From Flectonema sp. DT1601 (lineage: Eukaryota): a stretch of DNA of 64,000 bases. Within the stretch, counting starts at the first letter, position 1; each line of letters starts with the position of its first letter. The position numbers were made by a program, and so were the translations under genes. The stretch covers positions 1 to 64,000 of the forward strand of contig OZ025801.1 in NCBI GenBank assembly GCA_964019425.1. Direction: 5' to 3'. Of the stretch, positions 52,683 to 64,000 are shown piece after piece. The notes under the pieces are model-generated. The model saw only the letters and a list, made by a program, of their open reading frames with translations. It ran no database searches and was not told where the DNA came from.

Positions 52683-55600
52683 AAACTGTAGCTTTAGAAT
52701 CGTTGGTTAACCTTAAAAAGTAGTTACCCCAGGTGATTAGAAATTACGTGGCTTTTAGAACTACCAGCCAGTACTAACAGAAATGCTTGCTTGCGGGTAG
52801 GGAAGTAAGGGAAAAAGCCTGCAAGCACCCGGGGTTCCCACGTGATCACTCACCGCAGTACTAACCAGGCCTGCTGGTGCTTAACTTCCCAAATCGGGCG
52901 GGATGGGGTGCATTCACCAGAGTATGGCCGCAGGCAATAGCAGATTTTTTTATTTTATTTCTTGGGAGTTTCATGGGGCAACCCACCAGGAAAAAATTTA
53001 CAGAAAAGTTTTATTTAGCAGCTGGGGCTGGGTCTTAGCTTTAACGTTAACGCAGGAGCGGCGAAAATTACACCTTTCGGGGAAGAAAGCCAAAAAAAAA
53101 AAAAATATATTAAATATTTTTACGTAAAAATAAGAAACACGGTAAGTCTTTGTACATTTTCTTCTGCTTGGCAAACAGAGGTGCACGGACAATAAAAAAA
53201 CCCCAAAGGAAGAAAATTCTTCCTAAGGGGTTAGCTAAATATTCCAAGCAAGCTCGGATGTTGAGACTGTACCAATAAAGTACAGAAACTGTAGCTTTAG
53301 AATCGTTGGTTAACCTTAAAAAGTAGTTACCCCAGGTGATTAGAAATTACGTGGCTTTTAGAACTACCAGCCAGTACTAACAGAAATGCTTGCTTGCGGG
53401 TAGGGAAGTAAGGGAAAAAGCCTGCAAGCACCCGGGGTTCCCACGTGATCACTCACCGCAGTACTAACCAGGCCTGCTGGTGCTTAACTTCCCAAATCGG
53501 GCGGGATGGGGTGCATTCACCAGAGTATGGCCGCAGGCAATAGCAGATTTTTTTATTTTATTTCTTGGGAGTTTCATGGGGCAACCCACCAGGAAAAAAT
53601 TTACAGAAAAGTTTTATTTAGCAGCTGGGGCTGGGTCTTAGCTTTAACGTTAACGCAGGAGCGGCGAAAATTACACCTTTCGGGGAAGAAAGCCAAAAAA
53701 AAAAAAAATATATTAAATATTTTTACGTAAAAATAAGAAACACGGTAAGTCTTTGTACATTTTCTTCTGCTTGGCAAACAGAGGTGCACGGACAATAAAA
53801 AAACCCCAAAGGAAGAAAATTCTTCCTAAGGGGTTAGCTAAATATTCCAAGCAAGCTCGGATGTTGAGACTGTACCAATAAAGTACAGAAACTGTAGCTT
53901 TAGAATCGTTGGTTAACCTTAAAAAGTAGTTACCCCAGGTGATTAGAAATTACGTGGCTTTTAGAACTACCAGCCAGTACTAACAGAAATGCTTGCTTGC
54001 GGGTAGGGAAGTAAGGGAAAAAGCCTGCAAGCACCCGGGGTTCCCACGTGATCACTCACCGCAGTACTAACCAGGCCTGCTGGTGCTTAACTTCCCAAAT
54101 CGGGCGGGATGGGGTGCATTCACCAGAGTATGGCCGCAGGCAATAGCAGATTTTTTTATTTTATTTCTTGGGAGTTTCATGGGGCAACCCACCAGGAAAA
54201 AATTTACAGAAAAGTTTTATTTAGCAGCTGGGGCTGGGTCTTAGCTTTAACGTTAACGCAGGAGCGGCGAAAATTACACCTTTCGGGGAAGAAAGCCAAA
54301 AAAAAAAAAAATATATTAAATATTTTTACGTAAAAATAAGAAACACGGTAAGTCTTTGTACATTTTCTTCTGCTTGGCAAACAGAGGTGCACGGACAATA
54401 AAAAAACCCCAAAGGAAGAAAATTCTTCCTAAGGGGTTAGCTAAATATTCCAAGCAAGCTCGGATGTTGAGACTGTACCAATAAAGTACAGAAACTGTAG
54501 CTTTAGAATCGTTGGTTAACCTTAAAAAGTAGTTACCCCAGGTGATTAGAAATTACGTGGCTTTTAGAACTACCAGCCAGTACTAACAGAAATGCTTGCT
54601 TGCGGGTAGGGAAGTAAGGGAAAAAGCCTGCAAGCACCCGGGGTTCCCACGTGATCACTCACCGCAGTACTAACCAGGCCTGCTGGTGCTTAACTTCCCA
54701 AATCGGGCGGGATGGGGTGCATTCACCAGAGTATGGCCGCAGGCAATAGCAGATTTTTTTATTTTATTTCTTGGGAGTTTCATGGGGCAACCCACCAGGA
54801 AAAAATTTACAGAAAAGTTTTATTTAGCAGCTGGGGCTGGGTCTTAGCTTTAACGTTAACGCAGGAGCGGCGAAAATTACACCTTTCGGGGAAGAAAGCC
54901 AAAAAAAAAAAAAATATATTAAATATTTTTACGTAAAAATAAGAAACACGGTAAGTCTTTGTACATTTTCTTCTGCTTGGCAAACAGAGGTGCACGGACA
55001 ATAAAAAAACCCCAAAGGAAGAAAATTCTTCCTAAGGGGTTAGCTAAATATTCCAAGCAAGCTCGGATGTTGAGACTGTACCAATAAAGTACAGAAACTG
55101 TAGCTTTAGAATCGTTGGTTAACCTTAAAAAGTAGTTACCCCAGGTGATTAGAAATTACGTGGCTTTTAGAACTACCAGCCAGTACTAACAGAAATGCTT
55201 GCTTGCGGGTAGGGAAGTAAGGGAAAAAGCCTGCAAGCACCCGGGGTTCCCACGTGATCACTCACCGCAGTACTAACCAGGCCTGCTGGTGCTTAACTTC
55301 CCAAATCGGGCGGGATGGGGTGCATTCACCAGAGTATGGCCGCAGGCAATAGCAGATTTTTTTATTTTATTTCTTGGGAGTTTCATGGGGCAACCCACCA
55401 GGAAAAAATTTACAGAAAAGTTTTATTTAGCAGCTGGGGCTGGGTCTTAGCTTTAACGTTAACGCAGGAGCGGCGAAAATTACACCTTTCGGGGAAGAAA
55501 GCCAAAAAAAAAAAAAATATATTAAATATTTTTACGTAAAAATAAGAAACACGGTAAGTCTTTGTACATTTTCTTCTGCTTGGCAAACAGAGGTGCACGG

Positions 55601-58600
55601 ACAATAAAAAAACCCCAAAGGAAGAAAATTCTTCCTAAGGGGTTAGCTAAATATTCCAAGCAAGCTCGGATGTTGAGACTGTACCAATAAAGTACAGAAA
55701 CTGTAGCTTTAGAATCGTTGGTTAACCTTAAAAAGTAGTTACCCCAGGTGATTAGAAATTACGTGGCTTTTAGAACTACCAGCCAGTACTAACAGAAATG
55801 CTTGCTTGCGGGTAGGGAAGTAAGGGAAAAAGCCTGCAAGCACCCGGGGTTCCCACGTGATCACTCACCGCAGTACTAACCAGGCCTGCTGGTGCTTAAC
55901 TTCCCAAATCGGGCGGGATGGGGTGCATTCACCAGAGTATGGCCGCAGGCAATAGCAGATTTTTTTATTTTATTTCTTGGGAGTTTCATGGGGCAACCCA
56001 CCAGGAAAAAATTTACAGAAAAGTTTTATTTAGCAGCTGGGGCTGGGTCTTAGCTTTAACGTTAACGCAGGAGCGGCGAAAATTACACCTTTCGGGGAAG
56101 AAAGCCAAAAAAAAAAAAAATATATTAAATATTTTTACGTAAAAATAAGAAACACGGTAAGTCTTTGTACATTTTCTTCTGCTTGGCAAACAGAGGTGCA
56201 CGGACAATAAAAAAACCCCAAAGGAAGAAAATTCTTCCTAAGGGGTTAGCTAAATATTCCAAGCAAGCTCGGATGTTGAGACTGTACCAATAAAGTACAG
56301 AAACTGTAGCTTTAGAATCGTTGGTTAACCTTAAAAAGTAGTTACCCCAGGTGATTAGAAATTACGTGGCTTTTAGAACTACCAGCCAGTACTAACAGAA
56401 ATGCTTGCTTGCGGGTAGGGAAGTAAGGGAAAAAGCCTGCAAGCACCCGGGGTTCCCACGTGATCACTCACCGCAGTACTAACCAGGCCTGCTGGTGCTT
56501 AACTTCCCAAATCGGGCGGGATGGGGTGCATTCACCAGAGTATGGCCGCAGGCAATAGCAGATTTTTTTATTTTATTTCTTGGGAGTTTCATGGGGCAAC
56601 CCACCAGGAAAAAATTTACAGAAAAGTTTTATTTAGCAGCTGGGGCTGGGTCTTAGCTTTAACGTTAACGCAGGAGCGGCGAAAATTACACCTTTCGGGG
56701 AAGAAAGCCAAAAAAAAAAAAAATATATTAAATATTTTTACGTAAAAATAAGAAACACGGTAAGTCTTTGTACATTTTCTTCTGCTTGGCAAACAGAGGT
56801 GCACGGACAATAAAAAAACCCCAAAGGAAGAAAATTCTTCCTAAGGGGTTAGCTAAATATTCCAAGCAAGCTCGGATGTTGAGACTGTACCAATAAAGTA
56901 CAGAAACTGTAGCTTTAGAATCGTTGGTTAACCTTAAAAAGTAGTTACCCCAGGTGATTAGAAATTACGTGGCTTTTAGAACTACCAGCCAGTACTAACA
57001 GAAATGCTTGCTTGCGGGTAGGGAAGTAAGGGAAAAAGCCTGCAAGCACCCGGGGTTCCCACGTGATCACTCACCGCAGTACTAACCAGGCCTGCTGGTG
57101 CTTAACTTCCCAAATCGGGCGGGATGGGGTGCATTCACCAGAGTATGGCCGCAGGCAATAGCAGATTTTTTTATTTTATTTCTTGGGAGTTTCATGGGGC
57201 AACCCACCAGGAAAAAATTTACAGAAAAGTTTTATTTAGCAGCTGGGGCTGGGTCTTAGCTTTAACGTTAACGCAGGAGCGGCGAAAATTACACCTTTCG
57301 GGGAAGAAAGCCAAAAAAAAAAAAAATATATTAAATATTTTTACGTAAAAATAAGAAACACGGTAAGTCTTTGTACATTTTCTTCTGCTTGGCAAACAGA
57401 GGTGCACGGACAATAAAAAAACCCCAAAGGAAGAAAATTCTTCCTAAGGGGTTAGCTAAATATTCCAAGCAAGCTCGGATGTTGAGACTGTACCAATAAA
57501 GTACAGAAACTGTAGCTTTAGAATCGTTGGTTAACCTTAAAAAGTAGTTACCCCAGGTGATTAGAAATTACGTGGCTTTTAGAACTACCAGCCAGTACTA
57601 ACAGAAATGCTTGCTTGCGGGTAGGGAAGTAAGGGAAAAAGCCTGCAAGCACCCGGGGTTCCCACGTGATCACTCACCGCAGTACTAACCAGGCCTGCTG
57701 GTGCTTAACTTCCCAAATCGGGCGGGATGGGGTGCATTCACCAGAGTATGGCCGCAGGCAATAGCAGATTTTTTTATTTTATTTCTTGGGAGTTTCATGG
57801 GGCAACCCACCAGGAAAAAATTTACAGAAAAGTTTTATTTAGCAGCTGGGGCTGGGTCTTAGCTTTAACGTTAACGCAGGAGCGGCGAAAATTACACCTT
57901 TCGGGGAAGAAAGCCAAAAAAAAAAAAAATATATTAAATATTTTTACGTAAAAATAAGAAACACGGTAAGTCTTTGTACATTTTCTTCTGCTTGGCAAAC
58001 AGAGGTGCACGGACAATAAAAAAACCCCAAAGGAAGAAAATTCTTCCTAAGGGGTTAGCTAAATATTCCAAGCAAGCTCGGATGTTGAGACTGTACCAAT
58101 AAAGTACAGAAACTGTAGCTTTAGAATCGTTGGTTAACCTTAAAAAGTAGTTACCCCAGGTGATTAGAAATTACGTGGCTTTTAGAACTACCAGCCAGTA
58201 CTAACAGAAATGCTTGCTTGCGGGTAGGGAAGTAAGGGAAAAAGCCTGCAAGCACCCGGGGTTCCCACGTGATCACTCACCGCAGTACTAACCAGGCCTG
58301 CTGGTGCTTAACTTCCCAAATCGGGCGGGATGGGGTGCATTCACCAGAGTATGGCCGCAGGCAATAGCAGATTTTTTTATTTTATTTCTTGGGAGTTTCA
58401 TGGGGCAACCCACCAGGAAAAAATTTACAGAAAAGTTTTATTTAGCAGCTGGGGCTGGGTCTTAGCTTTAACGTTAACGCAGGAGCGGCGAAAATTACAC
58501 CTTTCGGGGAAGAAAGCCAAAAAAAAAAAAAATATATTAAATATTTTTACGTAAAAATAAGAAACACGGTAAGTCTTTGTACATTTTCTTCTGCTTGGCA

Positions 58601-61600
58601 AACAGAGGTGCACGGACAATAAAAAAACCCCAAAGGAAGAAAATTCTTCCTAAGGGGTTAGCTAAATATTCCAAGCAAGCTCGGATGTTGAGACTGTACC
58701 AATAAAGTACAGAAACTGTAGCTTTAGAATCGTTGGTTAACCTTAAAAAGTAGTTACCCCAGGTGATTAGAAATTACGTGGCTTTTAGAACTACCAGCCA
58801 GTACTAACAGAAATGCTTGCTTGCGGGTAGGGAAGTAAGGGAAAAAGCCTGCAAGCACCCGGGGTTCCCACGTGATCACTCACCGCAGTACTAACCAGGC
58901 CTGCTGGTGCTTAACTTCCCAAATCGGGCGGGATGGGGTGCATTCACCAGAGTATGGCCGCAGGCAATAGCAGATTTTTTTATTTTATTTCTTGGGAGTT
59001 TCATGGGGCAACCCACCAGGAAAAAATTTACAGAAAAGTTTTATTTAGCAGCTGGGGCTGGGTCTTAGCTTTAACGTTAACGCAGGAGCGGCGAAAATTA
59101 CACCTTTCGGGGAAGAAAGCCAAAAAAAAAAAAAATATATTAAATATTTTTACGTAAAAATAAGAAACACGGTAAGTCTTTGTACATTTTCTTCTGCTTG
59201 GCAAACAGAGGTGCACGGACAATAAAAAAACCCCAAAGGAAGAAAATTCTTCCTAAGGGGTTAGCTAAATATTCCAAGCAAGCTCGGATGTTGAGACTGT
59301 ACCAATAAAGTACAGAAACTGTAGCTTTAGAATCGTTGGTTAACCTTAAAAAGTAGTTACCCCAGGTGATTAGAAATTACGTGGCTTTTAGAACTACCAG
59401 CCAGTACTAACAGAAATGCTTGCTTGCGGGTAGGGAAGTAAGGGAAAAAGCCTGCAAGCACCCGGGGTTCCCACGTGATCACTCACCGCAGTACTAACCA
59501 GGCCTGCTGGTGCTTAACTTCCCAAATCGGGCGGGATGGGGTGCATTCACCAGAGTATGGCCGCAGGCAATAGCAGATTTTTTTATTTTATTTCTTGGGA
59601 GTTTCATGGGGCAACCCACCAGGAAAAAATTTACAGAAAAGTTTTATTTAGCAGCTGGGGCTGGGTCTTAGCTTTAACGTTAACGCAGGAGCGGCGAAAA
59701 TTACACCTTTCGGGGAAGAAAGCCAAAAAAAAAAAAAATATATTAAATATTTTTACGTAAAAATAAGAAACACGGTAAGTCTTTGTACATTTTCTTCTGC
59801 TTGGCAAACAGAGGTGCACGGACAATAAAAAAACCCCAAAGGAAGAAAATTCTTCCTAAGGGGTTAGCTAAATATTCCAAGCAAGCTCGGATGTTGAGAC
59901 TGTACCAATAAAGTACAGAAACTGTAGCTTTAGAATCGTTGGTTAACCTTAAAAAGTAGTTACCCCAGGTGATTAGAAATTACGTGGCTTTTAGAACTAC
60001 CAGCCAGTACTAACAGAAATGCTTGCTTGCGGGTAGGGAAGTAAGGGAAAAAGCCTGCAAGCACCCGGGGTTCCCACGTGATCACTCACCGCAGTACTAA
60101 CCAGGCCTGCTGGTGCTTAACTTCCCAAATCGGGCGGGATGGGGTGCATTCACCAGAGTATGGCCGCAGGCAATAGCAGATTTTTTTATTTTATTTCTTG
60201 GGAGTTTCATGGGGCAACCCACCAGGAAAAAATTTACAGAAAAGTTTTATTTAGCAGCTGGGGCTGGGTCTTAGCTTTAACGTTAACGCAGGAGCGGCGA
60301 AAATTACACCTTTCGGGGAAGAAAGCCAAAAAAAAAAAAAATATATTAAATATTTTTACGTAAAAATAAGAAACACGGTAAGTCTTTGTACATTTTCTTC
60401 TGCTTGGCAAACAGAGGTGCACGGACAATAAAAAAACCCCAAAGGAAGAAAATTCTTCCTAAGGGGTTAGCTAAATATTCCAAGCAAGCTCGGATGTTGA
60501 GACTGTACCAATAAAGTACAGAAACTGTAGCTTTAGAATCGTTGGTTAACCTTAAAAAGTAGTTACCCCAGGTGATTAGAAATTACGTGGCTTTTAGAAC
60601 TACCAGCCAGTACTAACAGAAATGCTTGCTTGCGGGTAGGGAAGTAAGGGAAAAAGCCTGCAAGCACCCGGGGTTCCCACGTGATCACTCACCGCAGTAC
60701 TAACCAGGCCTGCTGGTGCTTAACTTCCCAAATCGGGCGGGATGGGGTGCATTCACCAGAGTATGGCCGCAGGCAATAGCAGATTTTTTTATTTTATTTC
60801 TTGGGAGTTTCATGGGGCAACCCACCAGGAAAAAATTTACAGAAAAGTTTTATTTAGCAGCTGGGGCTGGGTCTTAGCTTTAACGTTAACGCAGGAGCGG
60901 CGAAAATTACACCTTTCGGGGAAGAAAGCCAAAAAAAAAAAAAATATATTAAATATTTTTACGTAAAAATAAGAAACACGGTAAGTCTTTGTACATTTTC
61001 TTCTGCTTGGCAAACAGAGGTGCACGGACAATAAAAAAACCCCAAAGGAAGAAAATTCTTCCTAAGGGGTTAGCTAAATATTCCAAGCAAGCTCGGATGT
61101 TGAGACTGTACCAATAAAGTACAGAAACTGTAGCTTTAGAATCGTTGGTTAACCTTAAAAAGTAGTTACCCCAGGTGATTAGAAATTACGTGGCTTTTAG
61201 AACTACCAGCCAGTACTAACAGAAATGCTTGCTTGCGGGTAGGGAAGTAAGGGAAAAAGCCTGCAAGCACCCGGGGTTCCCACGTGATCACTCACCGCAG
61301 TACTAACCAGGCCTGCTGGTGCTTAACTTCCCAAATCGGGCGGGATGGGGTGCATTCACCAGAGTATGGCCGCAGGCAATAGCAGATTTTTTTATTTTAT
61401 TTCTTGGGAGTTTCATGGGGCAACCCACCAGGAAAAAATTTACAGAAAAGTTTTATTTAGCAGCTGGGGCTGGGTCTTAGCTTTAACGTTAACGCAGGAG
61501 CGGCGAAAATTACACCTTTCGGGGAAGAAAGCCAAAAAAAAAAAAAATATATTAAATATTTTTACGTAAAAATAAGAAACACGGTAAGTCTTTGTACATT

Positions 61601-64000
61601 TTCTTCTGCTTGGCAAACAGAGGTGCACGGACAATAAAAAAACCCCAAAGGAAGAAAATTCTTCCTAAGGGGTTAGCTAAATATTCCAAGCAAGCTCGGA
61701 TGTTGAGACTGTACCAATAAAGTACAGAAACTGTAGCTTTAGAATCGTTGGTTAACCTTAAAAAGTAGTTACCCCAGGTGATTAGAAATTACGTGGCTTT
61801 TAGAACTACCAGCCAGTACTAACAGAAATGCTTGCTTGCGGGTAGGGAAGTAAGGGAAAAAGCCTGCAAGCACCCGGGGTTCCCACGTGATCACTCACCG
61901 CAGTACTAACCAGGCCTGCTGGTGCTTAACTTCCCAAATCGGGCGGGATGGGGTGCATTCACCAGAGTATGGCCGCAGGCAATAGCAGATTTTTTTATTT
62001 TATTTCTTGGGAGTTTCATGGGGCAACCCACCAGGAAAAAATTTACAGAAAAGTTTTATTTAGCAGCTGGGGCTGGGTCTTAGCTTTAACGTTAACGCAG
62101 GAGCGGCGAAAATTACACCTTTCGGGGAAGAAAGCCAAAAAAAAAAAAAATATATTAAATATTTTTACGTAAAAATAAGAAACACGGTAAGTCTTTGTAC
62201 ATTTTCTTCTGCTTGGCAAACAGAGGTGCACGGACAATAAAAAAACCCCAAAGGAAGAAAATTCTTCCTAAGGGGTTAGCTAAATATTCCAAGCAAGCTC
62301 GGATGTTGAGACTGTACCAATAAAGTACAGAAACTGTAGCTTTAGAATCGTTGGTTAACCTTAAAAAGTAGTTACCCCAGGTGATTAGAAATTACGTGGC
62401 TTTTAGAACTACCAGCCAGTACTAACAGAAATGCTTGCTTGCGGGTAGGGAAGTAAGGGAAAAAGCCTGCAAGCACCCGGGGTTCCCACGTGATCACTCA
62501 CCGCAGTACTAACCAGGCCTGCTGGTGCTTAACTTCCCAAATCGGGCGGGATGGGGTGCATTCACCAGAGTATGGCCGCAGGCAATAGCAGATTTTTTTA
62601 TTTTATTTCTTGGGAGTTTCATGGGGCAACCCACCAGGAAAAAATTTACAGAAAAGTTTTATTTAGCAGCTGGGGCTGGGTCTTAGCTTTAACGTTAACG
62701 CAGGAGCGGCGAAAATTACACCTTTCGGGGAAGAAAGCCAAAAAAAAAAAAAATATATTAAATATTTTTACGTAAAAATAAGAAACACGGTAAGTCTTTG
62801 TACATTTTCTTCTGCTTGGCAAACAGAGGTGCACGGACAATAAAAAAACCCCAAAGGAAGAAAATTCTTCCTAAGGGGTTAGCTAAATATTCCAAGCAAG
62901 CTCGGATGTTGAGACTGTACCAATAAAGTACAGAAACTGTAGCTTTAGAATCGTTGGTTAACCTTAAAAAGTAGTTACCCCAGGTGATTAGAAATTACGT
63001 GGCTTTTAGAACTACCAGCCAGTACTAACAGAAATGCTTGCTTGCGGGTAGGGAAGTAAGGGAAAAAGCCTGCAAGCACCCGGGGTTCCCACGTGATCAC
63101 TCACCGCAGTACTAACCAGGCCTGCTGGTGCTTAACTTCCCAAATCGGGCGGGATGGGGTGCATTCACCAGAGTATGGCCGCAGGCAATAGCAGATTTTT
63201 TTATTTTATTTCTTGGGAGTTTCATGGGGCAACCCACCAGGAAAAAATTTACAGAAAAGTTTTATTTAGCAGCTGGGGCTGGGTCTTAGCTTTAACGTTA
63301 ACGCAGGAGCGGCGAAAATTACACCTTTCGGGGAAGAAAGCCAAAAAAAAAAAAATATATTAAATATTTTTACGTAAAAATAAGAAACACGGTAAGTCTT
63401 TGTACATTTTCTTCTGCTTGGCAAACAGAGGTGCACGGACAATAAAAAAACCCCAAAGGAAGAAAATTCTTCCTAAGGGGTTAGCTAAATATTCCAAGCA
63501 AGCTCGGATGTTGAGACTGTACCAATAAAGTACAGAAACTGTAGCTTTAGAATCGTTGGTTAACCTTAAAAAGTAGTTACCCCAGGTGATTAGAAATTAC
63601 GTGGCTTTTAGAACTACCAGCCAGTACTAACAGAAATGCTTGCTTGCGGGTAGGGAAGTAAGGGAAAAAGCCTGCAAGCACCCGGGGTTCCCACGTGATC
63701 ACTCACCGCAGTACTAACCAGGCCTGCTGGTGCTTAACTTCCCAAATCGGGCGGGATGGGGTGCATTCACCAGAGTATGGCCGCAGGCAATAGCAGATTT
63801 TTTTATTTTATTTCTTGGGAGTTTCATGGGGCAACCCACCAGGAAAAAATTTACAGAAAAGTTTTATTTAGCAGCTGGGCTGGGTCTTAGCTTTAACGTT
63901 AACGCAGGAGCGGCGAAAATTACACCTTTCGGGGAAGAAAGCCAAAAAAAAAAAAAATATATTAAATATTTTTACGTAAAAATAAGAAACACGGTAAGTC

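Larger units (their letters stand above)
47678..64000 (-). repeat. SL + 5S array type B (603-bp unit), 26 5S genes, running off the window end
   Basis: 603-bp period. The 5S gene and SL exon match type A, while the SL intron and spacers are diverged. Confidence 0.97.

Noticed and set aside
10219..63363. Recurrent 60-90 aa ORFs (MITHRS, MAFPPE, MGCIHQ, MSVHLC)
   Set aside because: Translations of 5S and spacer DNA. Frames are not conserved between types A and B.

Overview
Eukaryotic, almost certainly diplonemid (Euglenozoa), spliced-leader (SL) RNA / 5S rRNA tandem locus that is heavily colonised by retroelements. Bases 1-8883 are a nearly perfect (TTGCGGGT)n satellite. From 10338 onward lie about 40 minus-strand 5S+SL units in two sequence variants: 606 bp type A and 603 bp type B. 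The main finding is a VIPER/TATE-like tyrosine-recombinase retrotransposon (gag-YR-RT/RNaseH, split direct repeats). It sits at exactly the same position, between nt 26 and 27 of the 39-nt SL exon, in sense orientation and without a target-site duplication. There are three full-length or near-full-length copies, one solo-repeat derivative and one duplicated stub. The target is a palindrome in the SL exon that mirrors the element's own circle junction. One copy carries a complete SL exon joined exactly at a CAG splice acceptor 45 nt upstream of gag, which looks like a reverse-transcribed splicing product. The window also holds an ingi/I-like LINE with a nested HERO-like RLE retrotransposon, which explains the chimeric 2045-aa double-RT ORF. 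It further contains a 4.3-kb segmental duplication, a hairpin minisatellite and a short poly(A) retroposon. No ordinary host protein genes are evident. All family assignments come from motif recognition by eye, not database searches.
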